Source: the human T2T-CHM13v2.0 reference genome, Homo sapiens
Reading direction: 5' to 3' (one strand)
DNA length: 64,000 nt
Assembly (NCBI RefSeq): GCF_009914755.1
Contig: NC_060928.1
The translations under genes and the position numbers were made by a program. The notes under the pieces are model-generated. The model searched no databases and was not told the origin of the DNA. It was given only the letters and a program-made list of their open reading frames with translations. Below are positions 51,953 through 64,000 of this stretch, piece by piece (the stretch's first letter is position 1; every line of letters begins with the position of its first letter).

Positions 51953-53034
51953 ATGATGAATAATTTATAATATCTCCCGCACAGTCCCTGATAGGGATTA
52001 ATGCTTTCTTGTTTTCAATTTTTTTCCTGCAGACTAAAGTCATCTTAGTAGTGATTGAGAAGCATTATGAAAGTATTTTGTTAAAATATTAGTGAATATT
52101 AAAAGAAAAAATACTTCTTAGGATGTAAGGACAAAGTTAAACTAGGGTTGATGGTTTGGGGAGTGTGGAAAGAATAACAACAAAAAAAGAAAACAAAAGC
52201 TAGACAGGCCAGAGCTAAGCAAAAGTTGGACCAATGTGTGGAAGGTAAATGCCTATTAGGGAGGACAAGAACTCTCTATCTGGTATCAAAATCCGAAAAT
52301 AATTAGGACAGAAATGTGAAAAGTGTCAGGAAGTGGTAAAAGTCTTATAAAAAGGAAATTACTCTGGCACCTCGTAGTGTATTGATTAGTGAGAGATGGG
52401 CAGTAAGAAGAGGAAGTTGTAGCTATCAAAGAAAGACATGCCTAAGGCAACCGTGCTTTTGTGTAATAAAAATAAAATAAAATACGGTTTGAACTGAAGG
52501 AAAGGAGGCAGCAGGCCCATGGTCTAGACAGATCACCTATCCCTCTGTCTCCTTCCGACTGGCTCTCTCTTCATCATGCAGGCAATTTCCATTTCTAATA
52601 TCAGTGCTCAGGAATATGACTTTCAACTGTATCCTATTCTTTTTTCCATAATTTAGTTTTCCTAAAATTTCATTCTTATTTTTATGCTGGTAACTACATG
52701 GTATTCAGTGGAAAATTTCATACATATAGCTTTAGGCAGAATTTTCTGTTCTTAGGTAATTTACATTGGAATCAACAGATGGAGATGGAAATATGCCAGT
52801 GCCAATTCTTATCTGGATATGGAAATCTAGTTGGTTAGATAAGTAAAAGTTTTGAGGATAGTTATTTGTTATTTTTCTTAATGGGAACTCTGAATTGCCA
52901 TGGTGCCTTATTTTATTTTGTTTATAGCAAAAATAACTCACTATGAGAAAAATGAGGTAGAAGAGTTTATTTATAGATAGGCTTATATCAGAAGAAAAGT
53001 GTGTGAGGAAGAGCAGCAAATACTGGATTGATAT

Positions 53035-53458
53035 GGTAATTAAGATGTGGATTCAGTTGTGTGACTTAGACCCAACATAACACTGGCTTATACAAAGGAG
53101 GAATGTTATTTCTCTCACACATTAATAGGGCACCATGCTGGTGCAATGGGTTGACTCTATGATTTTAGGTGAGGCCTCCTTCTGTCTTAATGCTTCACCA
53201 CCCTTAAAGAGTTGTGAGGTCTGGATTTCAGTCAGTGGAGAGTAAAGGGCAAGGGAGTCCACTTCTGGACTGTTGGAAGCATGATCCGATTTTCACACAT
53301 TACTTCTGTGCACATGCTATTGCCCAGAAATTATAATCAAATGGGTTTACCTAGGTGGAAGGAAGGTTAGGAAGTGTCTTTCTGAGCTTCCATGGAGTTC
53401 TTGTACTAGGAGGGAGAATGGTAGAATGAAGATTGAGGACAGCCAATGGACCTTTCCG
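53035..53458 (-). mobile_element. old MaLR LTR, MLT1J-like
   Basis: ATAACACTGGCTTA...TTATTTCTCTCACAC...ATTACTTCTGTGCACATGCTATTGCCCAGAA...GATTGAGGACAGCC. Confidence 0.65.
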
Positions 53459-53582
53459 AAACTGAGGTTTTGAATAACGTGATGCAAAAGGAGAGGAAGC
53501 TGGGCATCCAGATGGTCATCTAAGGCAGAACTGTGCTGCTAGCTTGGATCACTCACCCCCAGTCTATGATATAAAAGAAATA

Positions 53583-53870
<288 letters not shown>

Positions 53871-54127
53871 TCAAGCCACTATTTTCATGTGTTTTCTTTT
53901 CGTTGTTGTTTGCAGTCTTCGTTGCAGCAACCTAGCTACCAGTCACCTAACTAATATAGCTAGAAGGGGAAAAAATATCCAAGTATATCCTCTAATAGTA
54001 TTTATTAAAATATATATGTGAAATATTATAAGATCATTAAGAAGTGAAGCAAAGGTAAAGCCACTGAACTTAGAGGGAGATGGAGGTTTCTCTGGAAATA
54101 ATCAGTTAATATAAAAAATCCAATTCT

Positions 54128-54262
54128 TTCCTCCTGTTTTCCTCCCTCCCTCCCTTTATTCCTCCTTCTCCTGCTTCCTCCATCTTCCCTCCCTCTCTCT
54201 TTTCTTCTTTCCTTCTCTCTTTCCTTTCTTCTCTACTTTCTTGGTTCTTTCCTTTTTTCCTC
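54128..54262. repeat. CT-rich low-complexity tract
   Basis: Seen directly. Confidence 0.85.
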
Positions 54263-54831
54263 CAATAAACAAGTTGAAACAATTATCTGATTCTTATTTC
54301 TAGACAAAAAAAATCAAAAGTGATTATTTTCCAGGATTAACAAAACTGTGCATTAAGAGGAAATTCTTTAGATCAGATGATTTTAAATTTTAGAACCGTG
54401 ATCACACAAGTCATATTAGAGTATTTTTTTTTGCAAAATTTCTCTCTTAAGCCCCAAATTCTTACCGTTTACGTGACAGTATCCTTGAAACTTTATAAAT
54501 TGGCCTTTTACATTCAAGTCTGTCTGTACTGAACCTAATTGTCATATCATGGAGATATGTTTCTTGCATCTAATTCTCATTTGGATTATGCTTCCTCACA
54601 GGGACCCTGACCACTGAACAATAAAGCAATTATCGCCATGATGATATGCAATATTGAGCAGATTATATCATGCTTAATTTTACATATTCATAACCCTGCC
54701 ACTTGCAGATACTGACATCATACTGAAGCTGGTTTTGATTAGATAAATAGAAAATGGAAATTCTGAAAAACACAGTAGCATCCCTTGTTTCTTGATTTTC
54801 TCTTTAAAGATTAAATTTCTTCTGGTTGCTA

Positions 54832-55015
54832 CCAGTTAATAACATTTTTTGGATTATAGACCTCTTTGATAATTTGATAAAAGATAGAAGCCTTTTCTTG
54901 GGGAAAAATTACCCTGATACATGTTTCTAAAATATTTTGCATACTTCAGTTTTTAACAGATTCCCTAAACCCCACTCATAGTTTCCACTTCATAACCCAA
55001 TGTTTGGAACCCCCA
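54832..55015. mobile_element. Charlie4z-like hAT fossil
   Basis: AACATTTTTTGGATTATAGACCTCTTTGATAATTTGATAAAAG...AAATATTTTGCATAC...GGAACCCC. Confidence 0.6.
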
Positions 55016-56240
55016 CTCTTAGTCAGTATACCAGATTGACTCATGGAATATTTAATGGAATGTCCTCTAGGTATTTCATAGCTTAGGATGAATTTTAACT
55101 TCTTGGGAAAATGCAATACCTAGGAACAGTTGAAGAGAGCCAAGAGGTTTAACTAACTATGGTAAAATAGTCAATGGCAAAAGGCAATATATGTTGCTTC
55201 CTCTAAGGGTCTTTAAGGTGTAAGTGGTCATTATCCATAGTACTGAAAAGCAAAGCTACAAAAGAAAAAAAAAAAAACCCTCCTCAGCTTTACTATAGAA
55301 AGTCCATATTACAAAGGACTCCTTATATAAAGAGCTTAATTAAAATATTCTCCATAACCAAATCTGCATTGCATAGTTAAAGCAGTATGTAGAATATGTG
55401 TAACTGTTGTGGGACACAGAGGTATCATAGTTGTGATTCAGTGAAAAACAATGAAATCAGTATTAGCACAGCTCAATATAAACACCTCTGCACTGAATTT
55501 CTAATAAAGTTCTTTATGCACTGAGGTATCATCTACTTTCTGTCATACAACCTGAAGCAAACAAAACAAAACAAACATAAAAACAGGAGTTCTATCTTCT
55601 TGCCTATTTATTTCCATTTTTCTCTCTTACTGTCCTATTTATTTCTTTAAGCTCCATCAAAACTCAAAAAGGCCAACCTCTCCTTTTTGGCAAAAATGCA
55701 AGCAAATAGTTTCCTTTTTGAGAAACAAAAAATAATATAGAGTAACACAGATAAGAACAAGGAGAAGTGAATTATGGTAAACCAAACACAGAGAGTATAA
55801 AAATGAATTGATTGGCGTACTTAAATGAAAGCCAAGAGGCAGAGTCTTGTCAGGAGTATGGCTGGAGCTGGAGACTCAAACAATGACATCAAGACTGGGT
55901 AGCTTCTTTTGTTTTCCTTGCTTTACTCTGTGTTACATTCACTGTTTGTCTTCTCCAGTGGACTCCCCAAAGTCAGATTTTCACTTTCTCAACTCCAAGA
56001 CCATCAGATTAGCTTTCATTAAATCAAACCAGTTCACATACATTTCCTGAATCAAATTTGTTGAACAGTATGAGATGGACTTATAGAACATCTCCTCAGT
56101 CTTGACCAATCACTCTGGCAAGGTAAATGGGGAAACAAAATTGATCCTGTTACCAACCCTGGAGCTTTTGGTGCCGTCAGCAGGTCACCACAGAGACAAG
56201 GAGTAGGACAGGAGTATTTTACTTAAAAACTGTAAGTTTC

Positions 56241-56356
56241 AAACTGCTTGAACCCAGGAGGCTGCAGTGAGCTGAGATTGCATCGCTGTACTCCAGCCTG
56301 GGTGATAGAGCAAGACTCCATCTCAAAACAAAACAAAACAAAACAAAACCCAGAAC
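56241..56356 (+). mobile_element. Alu, heavily 5'-truncated, (AAAAC)n tail
   Basis: TGCTTGAACCCAGGAGGCTGCAGTGAGC...GACTCCATCTCAAAA; 14-bp TSD AAACT(G/A)TAAGTTTC (56227-56240 / 56357-56370). Confidence 0.93.
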
Positions 56357-57026
56357 AAACTATAAGTTTCCTTACTACAAGAAGGGAGGATGCTGGTCAA
56401 AGTCAAGAACAACTGCTCACATCTAAAGACACATGCATAAAAACAAACATGCACATTTACAGCAACCAGAGATCATTGAGGAATTCATGTCATCTCTAGC
56501 ACAAATTAGGAAGCAATTTTGCTGAGTTCTAGTTGTCTTTTACCACCGTTTCTAGCTTTTTGACTGCAGTTAGGTCTCTTAACAGCTTTGGAATGCAGTT
56601 TTTGGGTGCCTGAAGGAGCCTTTTCATTTAAGAAATTACTTTGCCCAGAAAATTGAAAAGTGCTTTCAATAAGACACCATCTGCTGCTCTCATATTAAGT
56701 TAAAACTGGCGAAAATGGAAATCTTCCTTTATGTGACTTGCAGGTTCCACCTTCACATTTTTAGCAGCGTTCTAAACGAACCCTTCAGAAATAGTCCTTG
56801 AATTGATGGGTTTGGAGTTCTGTGCCTATTCCTTAATCTGAAGTATTTTTTTCAATTTAATTATTTATTTTAGCAAAGCTGAGATATAAATGTGGATTAT
56901 ATATAAAGTAACAGATAACAACTGGCTAAAAAGCAGAGGGGCACCCTTAAAGGCTACCAAGTGTGAAACATGAGTCTTATTGTAGATGTCACAATTTGGA
57001 GCTAGTAATTCTGAGAAGTCCTTTCT

Positions 57027-57258
57027 CTTCCTCCTCCTCTTCCTACCTCTCATCCTCCTCCTCCCCTGCTTCCTCCCCCTCCTCCCCCTCCTCCTCCTCC
57101 CGTTTCTCTCCCTCTTCCTCCCCCTCCTTTTCCTCTCCTTCCTCCCTCTCTTCCCCTTCCTCTTTCCCCTCCCCTTCCTCCTCCTCTTCCTTTTAACTCC
57201 TCCTCCTCCTCCTCTTCTTCTTCATCTTTGTCTTCATCTTCATCTTTGTCTTCTTCTT
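57027..57258. repeat. (TCC)n/(TCT)n polypyrimidine tract
   Basis: Seen directly; abuts the 3' end of an antisense Alu. Confidence 0.95.
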
Positions 57259-57530
<272 letters not shown>

Positions 57531-58472
57531 TGAGCATGCTTTTCTAGTGTTTCAGAGGATGTTAAATACAAGGTTATTTTCTTCGTACCAGTTGGTAAAA
57601 TAAATACAATATGCACTTGGTGTTTCTATCATCTCTATGTGTTAGTCATGTGGGGAAATAAATCTTTCATTGCATGCTTTACTCTTTGAAGAGTTGAAAG
57701 AAGATAAAAACAAAGTCATACTTTTGCTTAGGGAAGTCACTGCCTTAGCAATAGCTGCAATTACTTGAGAATGACCCCATGCCAAAAGTTAGTAGTATAT
57801 GCTTCTTATACTTCCCAATATCTTCATATATCCAAATATCTTCATAGATCTGTGTTAACCTTACTCCATTTTCAAGCTCTTCATAATTTCCATTTTATCA
57901 CTTGAGACTCTTATTGACCCAGCCACATAATAAAGGTTATCCCATGGTCTCAAAGAGCGGCAATTTCCCTTTCAGTGTGATACATATTTTGCCTTCTTCT
58001 CTGACACTGTGCCATATCTTTTGTTGGCATTGGATTCTGTCAAGTGTGTGCACATGTGCACACATGTGCACGGGCACACACACCCACTTATCCTTTCCCT
58101 GGACTATTTCTCTAAATCACTACACTGACTTTTGCCTAAATGGCTCAGAATCCCACGGAGGTAATTCGAGAGAAAGAAATGTTATCTTCTCTTTTATAGA
58201 GGAAAAAACCTAGGAACATAAAATTTAATTGATATGTCAACTCATTCAGCTTGTTAGTGATGGTATAACCATTACCAAGCCAAATTCTCCCAGTACTTAC
58301 TGAGAATGTGATAAAGAATAGAAAGCTGCACACTGCCTCGCTTACATGTATAACTTTTTTTGTTTTCCTTGAAATATGTGTAGGTCCAAGAAATCATGAC
58401 CTCAGTGGTTCAGTGAATCAGTATGTATTTGTTTGACTATCACACCAGCATGACGAATGTAACGTGGTACTT

Positions 58473-58731
58473 ACTTTGTTTCTAACATTTTTGCTGCTAC
58501 AGACATTAAGAAATACAATTTCCATGGCAACCCCAAAGACCCATGGATACCCACATGCACAATATGACTGTAACACTTTCATCCAATAGTATTTGCTTTT
58601 ACTTCACGTGATGTACACTGATATTTTCTCCTCTCTTCTCCTTTTTTAATTTTTGCAAAGGCTAGGTTAAAATCCACTAAAATGATTTCATGACTTGCTA
58701 AATTTTGTAACCTATAATATGTTGAACACTG
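58473..58731. mobile_element. MER112-like hAT-Charlie fossil
   Basis: TAAGAAATACA...GTGATGTACACTGATATTTTCT...CCACTAAAATGATTTCATGAC...AACACTG. Confidence 0.6.
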
Positions 58732-58900
58732 ATGTAATGGAAAAGTAAGAGCTATTGTGTCAGGGAGGTATCATTTCAGGTCCTCTTGGTTTTGCCATTT
58801 CCTGACTGTGCAAATTTGAATGATCAACATGACTCAGTTTTTCTGACTGTGATGTGGGAAAACACTTCTTGTGGAGTTGAAGTGAACATTGAGGTAACTG
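58732..58900 (+). mobile_element. MIR SINE
   Basis: TGTAATGGAAAAG...TTGCCATTT...CTGTG...CTCAGTTTTTCTGACTGTGA. Confidence 0.55.
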
Positions 58901-59127
58901 TGGCAGCAGCCAGTATTCCTTCCTCTTTATTGACAAATTGGTTCCTTTAACATTTTCCTCTCCTTTTGTAACTTTTAATTCCTATGGGAGGCAAGAGGAA
59001 AAGTACTTTTTCCTGGTTGCCCTATTTTCTATTTATTTTAATATTACATATTAAATAAGGAGGCTTCCTTCATTCAGAACAAATTCTAAATACCATGACC
59101 AATAATTTGGGCACATAATGATAAAGT

Positions 59128-59325
59128 TAATAGCTGAAATTTTTGAGCACCTTATTACTCGCCAAACACTGTACACACCATTTTTGTGAATCCTAACAGC
59201 ATCTATGTGTGGTAGGCATTTTTGGCACTGATATTTTATAAACAGAAAAAAGCAGGAAGTATTTTGCACAAGGTTATGGTCCCAGAATTCAAGCTGAGGC
59301 AATGTGATTTCCAGCTTTGCGTGTT
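59128..59325 (-). mobile_element. MIR SINE
   Basis: AATAGCTGAAATTTTTGAGCAC...AATCCTAACAGCA...TTGCACAAGGT...GAATTCAAGC. Confidence 0.65.
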
Positions 59326-60214
59326 GACGGTGAAGCTGGAGTGCTTTTTCCCTGAGTTATCCTGGGGAGGGGACTGGTTTACAAGACCAGATTATTGAAT
59401 TATACTACAAGGGCATTTTCATTTAGGTAGTTTATTTTCAATTAGGGTAGTGCATAGTATGAGAGTGAGGATAGTAGAGAAGTACATAATGGATGCTGTC
59501 TGTCCGATGGTAATAAAAGAGCATTCGGCTGACTGCCCTCTGATTTATGTGAATGTAAACAGGGCAGCCACTAAGATTCAGAATAGGCATTGACTTAATG
59601 GCCCGAATATTACACTTTGTTGTTTAGACATGTGACGTATGGGAATAACTGCTAAAATGAGAATGGAGAATACAAGGGCCAGAACGCCTCCTAGTTTGTT
59701 AGGGATGGATCTTAAGATTGCATATGCAAACAAAAAGTCTCACCCTGGTTTAATGTGGGGTGGGGTATTGAGGGGGTTGGCTAAACTGTAATTATCTGGG
59801 TCACTCAGGAGGTCAGGCAAAAATAGTACTAGAGTTATTAAGGAGGAGGAGGAAAATGAAACCTAGAATATCTTTAGTTGTAGGGTAGGAGTGGAAAGTG
59901 ATTTTTATGGGGGTCTGATGAAACCCTTAAAGGGTTATTAGATCCTGTTTCATGTAAGAATAAAACGTAAATAATTGCTAGAGCTGTAATGATGAAGGGT
60001 AAGATGAAATGGAAGGGGAATTATCTTGTAAGGGTGGCTTTGTCAACTGAGAATCTGCCTCACATTCATTGTACAAGGTCAGTTCCAATATATGGGATGG
60101 CTGATAGTAGATTTTTAATTACTCTAGTGCCTCAGAATGATATTTGGACTCATGGGAGCACCCTTGCTTTCCACACAATCAACTGTTTGTCCTTTGTTAC
60201 ATTTTGATTAAGAG

Positions 60215-60452
60215 ACAGGGTACCATAGTGATTAAAACACAGACTCTGCAGCCACGTTGCCTCAGTTCCACTTCTGGCTCTGTCACTTGTTAGTGTGAAA
60301 TATCAGAAGAGTCTCTGAAACTGTTTTATCCTATGTGGTAATTTCTGATATGATATATGTTGAGTGTTGGGTGAATCAAATGAATTAATAAGGGCAAAAC
60401 ACTAATATTGGCACATGGTTCCTAATGAGCACGATGTGAGTGTTAGTTATTT
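60215..60452 (+). mobile_element. MIR SINE
   Basis: ATAGTGATTAAAACACAGACTCTGCAGCC...CTGGCTCTGTCACTT...AAATGAATTAATA...TGGCACATGGT. Confidence 0.75.
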
Positions 60453-60535
60453 CTTCAGTCTCTTTCAAGATAACCTTTATTTCTTCTCACGATACTGTCT
60501 CTCTGTGTGTGTGTGTGCATGTGTGTGCAGTTTAA

Positions 60536-62120
<1,585 letters not shown>

Positions 62121-62289
62121 AAAAGCTATGTATAGGGACAATCTTGTTCTTGGCAAACATAGCAGTAGTATGCTAAGGTAGCTATGACTAAATAATAATC
62201 CCCTGTTGATAGTAAGGATATTTGATTTTTTTGAAATAACCATTGTTTCTTTCAACTTGAATTCTTAAAGCTGGGATTGCTATAAGCAC

Positions 62290-62440
62290 ACTTATAGCAC
62301 ATTAAGACCAAAGCAGAAATCATCTGTGTGTATATGTATCTCTTCTGTATTATACTGCTTAGTTTTCACTTGAAACATCTTTATATCCTAAGAGTTCAGA
62401 CTCAAACATAGTAGGCACTCAATAAATGGTTATTGAACTG
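62290..62440 (+). mobile_element. L2 LINE 3' end
   Basis: CATCTTTATATCC...ACATAGTAGGCACTCAATAAATGGTTATTGAA. Confidence 0.7.
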
Positions 62441-62782
62441 TCTATAATACAATGGACCACATTATCAAGCCCTCCAAATGGAATGGAGGGCTACAGCAAA
62501 AGGTAGACACACATTCAGTACATAGAGAAGATAATACTTGATAAAATACATAAAAAATACATTTCTTCTAATTTTTAGAACTTTTTTTCTCTGTGAAACA
62601 GTAAACAAGTGTGATTACAATTAGGTCTAAAATAATTTTGTTGATTTATTAGTTTAGGTATGAAGTAAACTACAAAGGCATGCAAATTCAGTTTTACGTG
62701 TGAAGGTTCATACATCAGGACATGTAGAACAATTAACTTAGACTCAATGAAGTTTATGAGTTTTGCATTCACACGGCATTGA

Positions 62783-63152
<370 letters not shown>

Positions 63153-63256
63153 GGCCCATTTCTTTTTAAAATGGATTTGTGTAATGGATCGATCATAATT
63201 GTAAAATCCAAAGCATGACCATACTTTAGGCACTTTCTATGAAGTAGTCTTATGAA

Positions 63257-63283
63257 ACACACACACACATACACACACACACA
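63257..63283. repeat. (AC)n microsatellite
   Basis: Seen directly. Confidence 0.9.
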
Positions 63284-63327
63284 GAATCTGATAAGCCTAT
63301 ATATTCACATAATAGAAGGGCAGGTTG

Positions 63328-63852
63328 AACTTGACCACAAGAAAGTAATCAACAATATCCAAACTGTGAGATTATGCAAAACATTTGTTTTATTCCTCAA
63401 CAAATAAGCTGCAAGGCAGAAATAGATTGAGAAAGAGAGGATATTTATAGACTAGAAGAGATATAGCAATCAAATATTTTATCATGTATGGAACTTATAC
63501 AGACTCTAAAAACAGAACAAATTATTTTATGTATGAAACAATTACAAATGTGAACACTGGATATTTTATAGTATTAAGGGATTATTGTTAATATTTTACT
63601 TTGATAACAGGGCTGTGGTTTGGTTAATATAGTTCATTTTTTATAGATGTACATAGTAAAATATGGATTGAATGAAGTGATATCTGAGATTTGTTTCCCG
63701 GTAACTGGGAAGAGAAGAAATTGGACTGGAGAGTGGTTTGACAGACTTGTTCTTAGGATGATAGATGTAGGAACTGGCCAATGTATATGAGTACTTACAC
63801 TATTTTATTGGATTTTGGATATGTTTAAAATTCTCCATAGTAAAACAAGTTT
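63328..63852 (+). mobile_element. ancient L1MC-like 3' UTR
   Basis: ACTGGATATTTTATAGTATTAAGGGATTATTGTTAAT...GATATCTGAGATTTGTTTC...ATGTTTAAAATTCTCCATAGTAAAA. Confidence 0.75.
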
Positions 63853-63877
63853 GTTAATAATATATATATTTACTTTT

Positions 63878-64000
63878 GACCAAGTGTGGTGGCTCATGCC
63901 TGTAATTCCAGCAATTTGGGAAGCCAAGGCAGGAAGATTGCTTGAGTCCAGGAGTTCAAGAGCAACCTGGGCAATACAGTGAGACCTCATCCCTACAACA
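63878..64000 (+). mobile_element. Alu left monomer (AluJ/FLAM-like), cut by the window edge
   Basis: GTGGTGGCTCATGCCTGTAAT...GATTGCTTGAGTCCAGGAGTTCAAG...CCTGGGCAA. Confidence 0.93.

Overview
AT-rich, CpG-poor primate genomic DNA, most likely hominoid given an L1PA2-type element. It reads as a large intron or gene desert. I could not support any host protein-coding exon, RNA gene or CRISPR array. Almost all listed ORFs are chance frames or Alu/L1/low-complexity read-through; the only real protein-coding remnants are L1 ORF2 C-terminal fragments. The window holds about nine Alus, four 5'-truncated L1PA insertions with target-site duplications (TSDs), older L1M/L2/L3/MIR fragments, MaLR solo LTRs and hAT DNA-transposon fossils, several of them nested. 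Family names come from my recall of consensus sequences, not from a database search. I found no credible previously undescribed biological system. The best observations are: two independent palindrome-perfecting (template-switch) mutations in two young L1 copies, a 44-bp non-TE direct repeat 2.4 kb apart, a well-formed 95-nt candidate exon, a templated-patchwork scar, and several TE-free blocks that look like conserved enhancers.
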